A stretch of DNA of 64,000 nt, from the NCBI RefSeq assembly GCF_963921235.1, contig NC_086108.1:33048001-33112000 (forward strand), read 5' to 3'. The notes beneath the pieces are model-generated. The model did no database searches. It was given only the letters and a program-made list of their open reading frames with translations, and had not been told where the DNA came from. This document shows, in pieces, positions 12,725 through 25,270 of this stretch. Every line of letters begins with the position of its first letter. Position 1 is the stretch's first letter. A program made the position numbers and the translations under genes. This DNA is from Mobula hypostoma (Eukaryota).

Positions 12725-13686
12725 ACTGTATGTGATGATATATAATTCAGCTTATGGATAATAGTACTCTGAGTGTGTGCGTCTGAGTATATATCTATGT
12801 GTGACTGTGTCTGTGTGTTTGTGTGTATATCTGTGGATGCACGTGTTTGTATTCATACGTGTCCGTTTGTGTGTAGGCATCTATGAGAGTTTTTGTATGT
12901 ATGTATGCGTGCAAGTGTGTGTGTGTGTGCAAAGTGTGCATAAGTGTATGTTTGCATGTATGTGTGTGGTGTTACGTAACCAGCAACAATGAATATCAAT
13001 CGAGACAGGTTATATAAAAACAACAAAACATTTATTAAACACGGATAAACAATAAAAAGACAAACGAAAACCTTAATCGGAAGTTAACCGCTATGCAGCC
13101 ATTCAACAAATCGTCACTCGGCACTGGTTCTTAAAGCGTTAAATGCGAAAACAGTTCTTAAAGCGGTAAAGTCAAATACAGTTCTTAAAATGGTAAATTC
13201 GAAAATCCAACAGATTTATACGTTCAATTGAGAGAGACTTCTCTGGAGAAGGATTTCTTCGTAGACACGACTTTCCTGTTGGTTCTGTCCAAAGGATTCA
13301 TGATGCAGGAAATAAATGACTTAAAACAACTGACCTTAATTTCTTCTAGAGGGCAAATCCCACATGAACTTCCTTGTTCTTTTGGCAAGAGTTATCTTCG
13401 ATGCAGGTTGCTACTTCTTCAACGAAGACTCAATAAGGTTGATCCTTTATTAAACTGCCGAACATTCCCAACATATTTTAATCCTTCATATCCTATACTT
13501 CGATAAAGTCTTCACTCTCCAATACTGCTGGAAAAAGGTACATCAACACATCTAGCAACAATTGCTGGTCCAGCATTATTGTACCTTGCAACAGAATGTG
13601 ATATTCCATTTTAAAAATAAAACTACGTCATAAAATAAATACATAACAGAAGCGGAGACACACTAACGTCCTAGCTGGAAAACTAA

Positions 13687-14608
13687 TGTGACGAAAGAGG
13701 GTTACAAAAAGTACACATAGACTAAGATGTTAACTGTCCTGTGCTGGCACCAGTGGGATCAGCAGTTGATCTGTCACCTGTCTTCCGGAGAAAGAGAGAT
13801 AAGGAAGACAATGGAGCAGCATTTGGAAACGTTAATGAAGAGGTGAGAGAGTTTAACGGAAGGAGACACCGGTCTGAGAACTGTCAAGATCGGCTCCTTT
13901 TTGAACCCTGAACTGTTTGAAGTGATGGACAGGCGATACCCCAGCAGGGGGATAAAAAGGGACAGGTTTGCTAAGGCATGACACACAGGACACCACGAGG
14001 TAACGAGACCCTGGAAGCGGTGCGCCTCCCACAAGTTGGTGGGAGTTTTTGGATGGCTGGTCACGGGACATAACCATAGACGCACAGGGTGGAAAGGTAC
14101 GATCGGCGGGAACCTGGTGTGTGTCCGCCCTTGCCTGGGTGCCAGGTTCACTGCAGAGGAACGATCGTATCTGAAACGGAGGGGTCACAGTCGGTGACCA
14201 CAGAAGACATTACAAAGGGCTCGCCCGAAAGCTGACTGTGAGGAATATCGAAAGTCTGTTTGGAATCCGATTTGAATATTCATTCGCTCTCTCTCTCTCT
14301 CTCTCTCTCTCTCCCACGGCACAGCAGTGATTACTGTGAACTGAACTGAACTCAATTGAACTGAACTTTGCGTCACTTTGAAACTGGTCATTTACCTCTA
14401 GACGACGATAGAGCTTGATTGATCCTATTATCCTAGTTCTGTGTACATGTGTGTTTATCATTGCTGAACTGTTGTATTTATTATCCTTTTGATTAGAGTA
14501 CTGTGTTGCTTATTTCTTTAATAAAACTTTCTTAGTTCCAGTAAGCCAGACTCCAACTGAGTGATCCATTTCTGCTGGTTTGGCAACCCAGTTACGGGGT
14601 ACGTAACA
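13687..14608 (+). mobile_element. Solo LTR, family A, copy 3, nested in the 3' LTR of Gmr1-like element 1
   Basis: TSD CTAA (13683-13686 / 14609-14612); the uninterrupted site is visible in the sister LTR at ~19911-19930. Confidence 0.93.
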
Positions 14609-15082
14609 CTAAAAACTAAAAACTAACTGATCTGAGGTCTTCCCTTATATACCTGTGGTTCACATGTCATCACATGACTTCACATTGGCGGGAAAATTAC
14701 ATCAGGTGACCTCCAAAAGACCATTACATCATTCTCACAAAAAAAAGATCTCCTGAGGTATGCAACACATCCCTACAAAAAAAATTTTGGTCTTTTAAAG
14801 AACAAAATTTTAACAATTAACAATTTACATAAAAAAATACAGAGGTATAAAATTTACAACATACACAATATATACAGTCTTATCTTTCAGCACTTTACAA
14901 ACTAATATACAGTAGGAGTGCTACAAATGTTAAAATACCACTCCAAAAAAAATTTTTCGTTTGTACATTTAACATCTAGATAGACAATCAGCGATCACAT
15001 TATCTTTACCCTTAATATGAGTGATCAAAATATTATACTCCTGTAACATTAAACTGTGTTACTAAATTGGAGTTTAATTTCT

Positions 15083-18000
15083 TTAACCCTTTTCCTTAAA
15101 AGTCACAGTGGCATGACCAAATTCACTTTTAGCTAAGTTAATATTTAAGTTGGCTTTTGAAAGTCTCTCAAATAATTTCTCCACCGCAGTAATATGTGCT
15201 TTCCACGCACTATTTCCTGTAACTAAATAATCAATATAGGCATCTGTATCTTTTAATCCCTGAATCACGCTATTAATCATCCTCTGAAAAGTACCTGGTG
15301 CATTCTTCATCCCAAATGGAAGAACATTATATTCATATAACCCAGGTGAGGTTACAAATGCTGAAATCTCTCTACCTCTATCTGTCAATGGAACACACCA
15401 ATAACCTTTTAATAAATCAATCTTTGTAAGGAATTTGGCTTGTCCAACTTTATCCACACAATCATCTACCCTAGGGACTGGATATGCATCATTTTTTGTC
15501 ACAGCATTCACCTTCCTGTAATCTGTACAAAACCTAATACTATTGTCTGGCTTAGGCACCATAACACATGGTGAACTCCAATTCGAATTATAATGTCTAA
15601 TAATATCATTCTCTAACATATACTTAATTTCTTGTTCAGCAAGTTCACATTTTTCACTGTTCATTCGATACGGATGTTGTTTTATGGGTTTTGCATCTCC
15701 AACGTCTACATCATGCGTAGCCACGGTGGTTCTTCTAGGAACGTCTGGAAATAAATCCCTATATTTAAAAATTAACTGTTTCATCAGCTCTCTCTGCTCT
15801 GGCTGTAAATGAGCTAATTTTTCATCAATATTTTCCAGAAGTTTTGAATTTCGTAACCTGGCTGAAATAATGTTGGGTTTAAAATGAGTTTCAGATGAAT
15901 CATCCATTAAGTTTTTCTCAAGATCAGACTCATCAATGATCATAACAGTCATAGCAGCAGCTTCTCTCTCATAATACGGTTTTATCATATTTATATGACA
16001 CAGCTGTGTTGTCTTTCTTCGATCTGGGGTTTTTATCACGTAATCTACATCATTTACCTTAGATTTAATCTCATAAGGACCATGAAGTTTAGCTTGTAAT
16101 GGGTTCGTTTGAACCGGGAAAAGAACCAGCACTTTATCTCCAGGCTTAAATGACCTCATCCTAGCTTCCTTATCATACCAACTCTTCATCTTCTCTTGAG
16201 CCAATTTTAAATTTCCTTTGCCAAACTACAAGTTTTATATAATCTTTCTTTAAATTTTAAAACATAATCTAGCAAATTAGTGTGTACCTCTTTATTAATC
16301 CACTGTTCCTTCAACAAAGCTAAAGGTCCTCGAACTCTATGCCCAAACACAAGTTCAAAAGGACTAAAACCTAATGATTCCTGTACTGCCTCCCTTACTG
16401 CAAAAAGTAGTAAATGTATACCTTCATCCCAGTCCTTTTCATTTTCCACACAATATGTCCTAATCATAGTTTTTAATGTAGAATGAAATCTCTCCAAAGC
16501 TCCTTGCGATTCTGGATGATAGGCTGATGAAATAATCTGTTATGCTCCCAGCTTATAAACTATTTGCTGAAACAATCCAGACATAAAGTTACTAACTTGA
16601 TCCGATTATATTTCCTTAGGCAACCCAGAATAAGTAAAAAATTTTATGAGAGCCTTTGTCACAGTTTTGGCTGTTATATTCCTAAGAGGTATTTCCTCTG
16701 GAAACCTAGATGCTGTGCACCTAATGGTTAACAAATATTGATGTCCAGTTTTAGTCTTTGGCAAAGGACCTACACAGTCTACAATGATTTTTGAGAACGG
16801 CTCACCAAATACTGGAATTGGTTGCAGTGGGTCCACTGGAGTAACCTGATTAGGTTTACCCACAATTTGACACTTATGACACATTCTACATAATGTCGCC
16901 ACATCTTTTCTTAAACTAGGCCAATAAAAATATTTAGAAACCTTGTTCATAGTTTTCTTTACACCAAAATGACCACCCAAAGGAATACTATCAGGCATAG
17001 TTAAAATCTCATTTCGATAAATTTTAGGACCTACGACCTGATGATTAACTTCCCATTCCTCACTAGCAGGAATTTTAGGCGATCTCCACTTCCTCATTAA
17101 TACTCCCTTTTCAAAATAATATCCCACTGATACTTTTTCTATTTCACTATCTGGAAGAGCTTGTTCTTTTAATTTAAATATCTCAGGATCTCTGCCCTGC
17201 TCCGCTATCATCTCCTTCCAAGATGAAGACAATTTTTCCTGGTCAGACTTACCACCGAAATCCTGATCAAATAATGTAGGTAAGAAAGTTTCTGGTACAT
17301 TCTCAAAATTCGAATCTTGATTTGAGCAGTCATGGGTAACAACCTCATCCTGTACATCAGTCTTTTTAGCCATAGCTCTTGTTACAACACAGGAAGAATC
17401 TGTGTCAGAATCCCTCTGTGGTTCCTCAGAATTAGGATTTATTGTCAATTGCACTTCAGGAAAAACTTGCCACCTGCTAAGTCATTCCCTAACAAAAGAA
17501 AAACATCATTCACAGGTAAACTGGATTGTAGTCCTACTTTAACAACCCCTGTAACTAATCCTGACTTTAAATTTACTCGATGTAAATGTACTGGCATAAG
17601 GACACTCCCAACTCCGCTTATATAATTTACCTCAGCGGTCAGACTCATCACTAAACTTTAGCACACTGTCTAATATTAGTGATTGAGAAGCTCCAGTATC
17701 TCTAAGTATTCTTATTGGTACTGAATTGGATCCTTCTTTCAAGGATACAAATCCTTCTGTTATAAAAATTTTCATATCCTGTCTTAATATTGTATCATTT
17801 CTTAATGCATGCATTACTAAATGACAATAAAAGAAGACCGCGTGTCTTCCTAATCTAAGCTAAAACTTGGTCAGACTCTTAACACATCTTCATTAATATT
17901 TTCTGAACCCTGTGAATTTACAGGTGTTTCAATATGTTGCACACAAGCATCTGGGACAGCTTCTTTCTCTTTCTTTTTCAATCAAAAGCAATTAGCTACT

Positions 18001-19094
18001 ACATGTCCAGGTTTCTTACAATAATTACAAATAATACCAAAATGTCTTTCCTTCACATGTCTCCCTTCATCCTTACTTTTCTCACTAACTTCAGATTTAA
18101 TTTATGGTTTACTTTGACTCTCTGTGCTATTTTTCCTTTTAAAAGTTCTACCTGGAGAAAATATATTCATATGAAATAAAGCATACTCATCAGCTAATTT
18201 AGCAATCTCCTGCAATGTAGCAGTGTCCCTTTCATTTAAGTATGCTCTCACTTCAACAGGAATGCTTCTTTTAAATTCCTCCAGTAAAATCAACTCTTTT
18301 AATTTATTATACTCCCCATTCACATTTTTAGAGGAAACTCATCTCTCAAAACACACAGATTTCTCATGGGCAAATTCCACGTAAGTTTTTTTCTACAGAT
18401 TTCTTCAAGTTTCTGAATCTTTCTCAACACGCTTCCGGAACCAACTCATATGCCTTTAATATTTGCTGTTTAACAATATCATAATCCAGTGCTTGCTCAG
18501 CATTTAAAGCTGTATAAACTTGTTGTGCCTTGCCTTTAATTACACTTTGTAACATCACTAGCCATTGCTCTTTCGGCCACTTTAAACTCAGAGCAATAGT
18601 TTCGAAATGCTGGAAATATTTTTCCACTTCAGCTTCATTAAATGGAGGAGCCAAAATAACCTCACGACTAGCAATAAACTGTTTCTTAGAACCAGAAGAC
18701 TGATTTCTCATCCTTGATTTCTCCATCTCTAACTCAAATTTCCTCTGATGTTCAGTTTCTCTTTCTTCATATTCCCTTTTTTATTAGCCTCTGTTTTGGC
18801 TATTTCCGCTTTAAATCTTTCAAACTTTATCTGTTCAAGATGTAACTGCATTTCCAGATTACTCATTGGAAACCTATCTAACACCTCATCATCAAAAGTT
18901 TTCAAACTGATATAATGCTCAGCGATTTTTCTTTGTATTAAAGCCTTAGTGGTATTCTTTGTAATTCCCTTAATATCCAACCTCCTAGCAATTTCCAATA
19001 CCTCAAGTTTTCTCGCATTCGCTAAAGACACCGGGTCAGGCGTGTCCATAAACTCTTCAACATTCATTGCTGCCAAATACCACTCACACACCAA
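15083..19094 (-). pseudogene. gag-pol pseudogene of Gmr1-like element 1 (gag/SCAN-like, PR, IN, RT; RNase H deleted)
   Basis: Broken ORFs 18729-19094, 18424-18726, 18102-18323, 17632-17814, 16606-17454, 16207-16497, 15083-16204; the RT YIDD motif reads YIDY. Confidence 0.9.
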
Positions 19095-20077
19095 TCAAAC
19101 TAAAAAAAATTGGGTGTTTTCCTGTTCCAAATCAGAATGGCAATTACCAGCACTTATACTCAAAATCAGAAAATATCCCGGACAAGCCCCCACAAATTAT
19201 GTTATGTAACCGGCAACAATGAATATCAATCCAGACAGGTTATATAAAAACAACCAAACATTTATTAAACAAGGATAAATAATTAAAAAAACAAATGAAA
19301 ACCTTAACTGGAAGTTAATCGCTATGCAGCCATTCAACGAATCGCCACTCGGCACTGGTTCTTAAAGCGTTAAATGCGTAAACAGTTCTTAAAGCGGTAA
19401 AGTCAAATACAGTTCTTAAAATGGTAAATACGAAAATCGAACAGATTTATACGTTCAATTGGGAGAGAATTCCCTGGAGAAGGATTTCTTTATAGATACG
19501 ACCTTCCTGTTGGTTCTGTCCAAAGGATTCACGATGCAGGAAATAAGCTGCTTAAAACAACTGACCTTAATTTCTTCTAGAGAGCAAATCCCGTATGAAC
19601 TTCCTAGCTCTTTTGGCGAGAGTTATCTGCGATGCAGGTTGGTACTTCTTCAACGAAGACTCAATAAGGTCAATCCTTTATTAAACTGCCGAACATTCCC
19701 AACTTATTTTAATCCTTCATATCCTGTACTTCGATAAAGTCTTCACTCTCTAATACTGCTGGAAAAAGGTACATCAACACATCTAGCAACAATTGCTGGT
19801 CCAGCATTATTGTACCTTGCAACAGAATGTAATACTCCATTTTAAAAATGAAACTGCGTCATAAAATAAATACGCAACAGAAACGGAGACGCACTAACGT
19901 TCCAGCTGGAAAACTAAAAACTAAAAACTAACTGCGTCATCTGAGGTCTTCCCTTATATACCCGTGGTGCATATGTCATCACATGACCTCAAATTGACAG
20001 GAAAATTACATCAGGTGACCTCCATTACATCATTCTCACAAAAAAAAACAAGATCTCCTTGAGGTATGTAACAGTGG

Positions 20078-20266
20078 TATGTGCATGCATTCTTGTGTGT
20101 GTGTGTGTGTGTGTGTGTGTGTCTGAGTATATATATATATATGTGTGACTGTGTCTGTGTGTTTGTGCGTATATCTGTGGGTGAGTGTGTTTGTACTCAT
20201 ACGTGCCCGTTTGCGTGTGGGCATCTATGAGTGTTTTTGTATGTGTATATGTGTGTATATGTGTGT

Positions 20267-20306
<40 letters not shown>

Positions 20307-20376
20307 ATGCGCAAAGTGTTCATATGTGTGTGTTTGTTTGTATGTGTGTGGTATATGTGTGGTATGTGCGTGCATT

Positions 20377-20462
<86 letters not shown>

Positions 20463-20480
20463 TGCGTGTATCTGTGCACG
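20078..20480. repeat. Complex (TG)n microsatellite, continuing at 12770-12969 on the other side of the Gmr1 insertion
   Basis: Long perfect TG runs (e.g. ~20379-20454) mixed with degenerate TG/TA units. Confidence 0.95.
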
Positions 20481-20988
20481 CACATCAATGTGGCGTGGGT
20501 GCAGAGAGTCAGCCTCCTACACATTGCCAGACATTTTTGCACCGGTGTATTGGTGATCTTCTCACTTCAGCCTGTGAACCTGGCAGGCAGCAATATGAAG
20601 GAGAGAGCCACGTGAGGAAATCTTTCCGTGGTTTTACACAGCCTATGCAAAAGTGTTTCCTCTTTTGTGTGCTAACAGCATAGCAATAAGGCATCAGTCT
20701 AAAGTTCCAGCAGAACCCAGAGGAGGTTTTGTCCCACAGACATTGCTGTGAGGCATTCACAAAGAAAACGTCCAGTTGCGGGCAAAGCCCCATTGTCTTG
20801 AAGGTATCTTGGGGCAGAATTAAATCCTGGAAATAAGATGGACTGCGAATTCGCTGGGTAAAGTTTTGTACAAATTTGTAATCAAACCAATGTCTACATT
20901 CTTTTAGATATACCTGGGGAGATGCTGAAGCTTCGATTGGCCAGAGTTTCCGGGATTGCAGTGGAGATGCTTCAGTCTCATTGTATAA

Positions 20989-23320
20989 CAATGGTTCCCA
21001 AAGTAGGTGATATGACCTCCCCCCCACCACCACCACCCCCAGGGGTGATAAAGATAAAGGGGATGGTGACAGGTTGCTTGGTAACTGAGGGATTACAGGC
21101 TTAATTTAAGAAATGAATTGCTTATTTTAAGCATTTGATCTTTAGTGCCTCATAATTGATTAAAATAGTCACGTAATCACCCTGTCACTTGCTCACATAT
21201 CGTTCTCTTAGACTTTGCTTGAAGCGGATCATAGTTGTTGAAAAACAATGTGACATTTCTGTATTGGCATATCATGAGAAATCTGGACTGAAGAAATCAC
21301 GTTATTTCTGGGCCTGGCCCATGCATTAATGCCATTCACTACTGTAGTACAATATTAACTAATATAATTCACGTGCTCTAATCATGCAGTGATACAATTC
21401 CTGTTTTTCAAGTGAGACAAAGAAACAGCCTAAGCTCCTTGAACATTTGATGAGAATATATTCTGATAAAGAAAACAAGAACTTGGTTTATTTTCAGACA
21501 CTTTGTGAAAATTATCAGAAACGGAAAACACTTCAAGACATATTTGCCAGCACTTCACAACAAGAAAAGCGATAGTTTGTGTGCTTCATACAACATTCAT
21601 TACTCATTGCTAAATCTGGAAAACTCCATACAATCAGACAAGAACTGATTCTGCCAGCAGTAATGAAGGTTCTGAGTGCAATTTTCTGTAATTCACCAGA
21701 ACAAATAATTAAAGTGTTTCCACTCGGAGACAACTATGTTCAAAGATGAATAGATGAAATGTTTGAGAATGTGGAAGACACATTGCGCGACATAGAGCAC
21801 TTAGGACAACAGAATCTGCTCTGCAGTTGGATGTGTTAACTTTGCCAGGCAATGAATCTTTGCTTCCTGATTATGTTTGCTTCATAAAAGATGAAGACTT
21901 GCTTCAAGAGTTATTATTTGGAAGGGAACTAGACACAGATATGAATAGGGAGTTAGTACTTCAGGTTGTTGAAAAAGTTTTTAAAGAGAAGAATATTTCG
22001 CTCACCAATATTCTTGCTTGTGCAACAGATGGGGCACTATCAATGACAGGATGCCACCATGGAGTTATTACTTTCTTGAGAAAAGCTGTACCTAAAGTTT
22101 TTACCACCGTGTAATTCACAGACAACATCTTGTCACAAGAAACCTTAGGGATCGGCTGCATACATCATTAAATACTGTTATCACAGTGGTAAATAAAATC
22201 AAGTTCCAACTATAAAATAGTTCTTAACTATTTCGAGTTCTTTGTTTGAGAAAGATGAAGTTTAAGCACTTGCTGTTGCACAGAGAAGTCAGATGCCTCT
22301 CAAAAGGAAACTGCCTGAGACACTTTCATACACTTTTGAAACTGCAATAAAATTCCTTGAGAACTCGAAAGCTTCACTCAGTAAATGAATTCAAGAATAT
22401 TAGACATAATATTGATTATTTGTCAGAATTATTCACTATGTTTAATGAAATCAATCTTCAATTTCAGGGAAAGTGTATGAATCTTATCAATGTCAATTCG
22501 GTCATCTCTACACTTCTGACTGAGTTAACCCTATTTATGTGAAACATTAGTTGTCATGACCTTTTCCAATTTCCGAGCCTCTGATATGTCTTTAAGCACC
22601 TCACCACCTGGGTGTGCTGCATAAAGGCATGTCAAAGAGATTTCAGGATCTCTCTTGATCCAAATTCCAGATTGGGTAATAAATCCATTCCTGAACACTT
22701 GTAACGAGGAACTAACAGGAAGGATGGAGGAAGAAATGATATCACTACAACGTGACTTTGAGCTGGTTCAAAAAATCATATCAAGACTTTTGGTTGTAGA
22801 ATGAAATCTCTGAATGCTAACCTGAACTATGGAAAAATATTCTTTCTTGCCTTTCCAACATCATTGTTAGCGGAGCAATTTTCAATGCAGTCACCCATTT
22901 TCTTTCAAAGCAACAGAACAGATTGCAACTTACTGAACGTGGGGATCTGAGACTCCTTGTGAGTGACTCTCAGCCTGATATTGAGACACTGATATCACTG
23001 CACCAAGCCCATCCATCTCATTGAAAGGTGAAAAGGCAATGAAATAGTGAATAGTTGGACTACTAATGTGCACTCTAAAATAGTTGAAAATTGGTTTTAC
23101 TGTAATAAAATTAAGAAATAATTTTATTTGTAGCTTTAAATAAATTTAATTAATTTTTACAATTATTTGTCAGTGCTTTGAATTTGCAGATCCAATTTCC
23201 TTTCGCTGTGCATTGTAAATCAAAACAATTAATAGTTTTTATGTAATGGCTGGAAAGGGAGAGGGGGTTGCTAGGGATTTGCCCTGGGAGACAGTAACCC
23301 AAAAAATTTTGGAACTACTG
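20989..23320 (+). mobile_element. Old hAT (Charlie/Buster-like) DNA transposon with decayed transposase
   Basis: TIRs CAATGGTTCCCAAA / TTTTGGAACTACTG; relic motifs LIAKSGKLHTI..ELILPAV, LQLD..TLPGNESLL, ACATDGALSMTG, VIHRQHL, LLLH.EVR.LSKG; TSD only partly preserved. Confidence 0.85.
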
Positions 23321-23639
23321 CTATAAAGCATTAACACAAAATAGAAGATCGCTGCTACAAGTGTTAGGACAGTTGGAATACAACACCCAGTGCGTCTCCA
23401 GTCATGGGAATTGGGCTAACCACTGCACTACAGCCTGAAGCCTGACCAGTCCAGAGGGCGTTGGAAGTGCTGAAAATATTGGGACACTGAATGTGTTGAG
23501 AAGAGGGCGCATATATAAGAAAAAATTTACAAAATGCTTTGCTTCCACTGCTTTCAACTTTAGTGAGTGTGGTGGAGACTGCTATGGTGGAATGGGATTT
23601 CTGAGACATGCCAGATGATGTGAGAATCATGAAATCATA

Positions 23640-24000
23640 ATGATTAGAATCAGGCACTTCAGCCCAGTATGCCAACATGGACCATCAAGTTACCATCTAT
23701 ATTTTTCCCCTTTAGTAGCACATGGTTCACAGCTTTCCACATCTTAGTGGTTAAGTATTCCATCAAAATTGTCTCTTAAACTTTTATGAGACTCTTTGGC
23801 TCCACCATTTCCTCAGGTAGTGTGCTCCAGATTTCAACTACACTCCAGATGAAAATATACCTCCTCAGATCCCCTGCAAACTCTTACCTTTTATGGTAAA
23901 CTTATCAAACCCTCCGGTTTTAGACATATCTGCTATGGGAAAAAGTTTCCTGGTATCTACCCTGTCTATATTCCACATCAGGTCACCCCCACCCTTACCC
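23640..24000 (-). mobile_element. Old CR1 3' fragment
   Basis: AGGCACTTCAGCCCA-type 3' stem and CTCCTCAGATCCCC...TCTACCCTGTCTAT similarity to other CR1 copies. Confidence 0.5.
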
Positions 24001-25270
24001 TCCTTCCATCCCAGAATAACCAGCCTCCTCTATAACAAGAAAGACCCAGCTCACTTAGTCACTGTTAGACAGAGAGTCGATCGCCAAGACACTGACGAAG
24101 AAAAACCAAGCTTACCTGGTTACTGTTATAGACAGAAAGCTAAACACCAGGGCACTGATCAAGGCTGTTATATGTTTTAATATTCAAATTGACAGGCCTT
24201 AACTGCAATACTTTTTCTCAGAGCTTTGTTGAGAAAATTAGTCATTGCTTAAACATGCTTACAAAACAAGGAATAACCCTTGTTTGAATACATAGGAAAT
24301 AGAATGAGTGGTAGACCACAAGGTCCCTCATGCCTGCTCTGCCACTCAGTAAGATACCAGCTGACCTGTTTGGCCTTGGTTTCCCTTTCCTGTTTCCATA
24401 ACTCCAGACTTGTAGACACAATGAGGCAAGGAGGAAAAATTGCCTCTAAAAATTTTAATTCCACAGTACTTCATGGTCAATGACTTACTTTTGAAAACCA
24501 GTTGCTGGTGTAGATTTTGACTATTTTGCTAGTTCAAACACAGGGAAGATCATGTCAGCTTGATCTACATCACACTGAAATCAATAGAAGTAAAAATGGA
24601 GCGGACTATAAAATAAAACTGCCTCACTTTCATCTGTGTTTTATTGTCACCCAAAATCAAGACAACTTCAAAGATTTTGCTCAAGTTTGCAGAATACCCT
24701 CGCTGAATTTCAACGGGGGCTCCTCTGACCTTCTACTAATGTCATGTGTTGCAGTTACGAGAAACCAGACAAATTTTTACTTTTAAAGTGGACTAAAATG
24801 AAATATTCTCTAAAAATCTTTTTGCTGTGAAAAGTGACATTGTGCTTCAGGATCTCACTGTGTGGAGAAAGATCAGAAGCTCTTCCAGATTGTTCTGCCC
24901 CAGTGGTCTTGAAACAAAGGCGATCTTGCCTTTCTAATTATTGGCATAATTGAGTATGGTTATAGAGCTCCCTGCCGACTGCTCCCCAGGGTGTCAGAGA
25001 AAAGTGTCCACAGGTATATTGTGCTTATACCCAATAGAAATATGTTGCATTCAGGAGTTAATGTATGGGAACTTCCTCACTAACTGTACTTCAAAGGCAG
25101 TGAAGCAGACTGCATGAGAAATTCAGCAAGAATCTAACAAATCCTTTTGGAAAAGTAATATTCTATAAAGCAAATGTTTCTATAGGTGGTCAGTGTAACT
25201 GTGTCTATGCGTGTGTATACATTTTTGCATATGTGCATGGGTATGTATGCTTTGGAGCATGTATGCATGT

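Larger units (their letters stand above)
12970..20073 (-). mobile_element. Full-length decayed Gmr1-like Ty3/gypsy LTR retrotransposon, element 1
   Basis: LTRs 19200-20073 (5') and 12970-14767 (3', with nested solo LTR); TSD GTGG; tRNA-Pro-type PBS TGGGGGCTTGTCCGGGAT at ~19175-19192; SCAN-like gag (18424-18726); knuckle CNYCKKPGHVVANC; protease LRDTGAS; integrase (16207-17454) upstream of RT (15083-16204). Confidence 0.95.

Noticed and set aside
20025..20683. HT- and CV-rich ORFs of 105-156 aa
   Set aside because: Translations of (TG)n/(CA)n microsatellite.
20509..21036. 175-aa minus-strand ORF, plus 41711-42040 and 4029-4397
   Set aside because: No recognisable motifs; the first starts inside a hAT end; lengths are compatible with chance.
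24110..24215. Candidate minus-strand exon (CAG|GTAAG donor at ~24111-24118); also an acceptor-like site at ~42082-42095
   Set aside because: Weak partner splice sites and no recognisable peptide; not supportable without transcripts.
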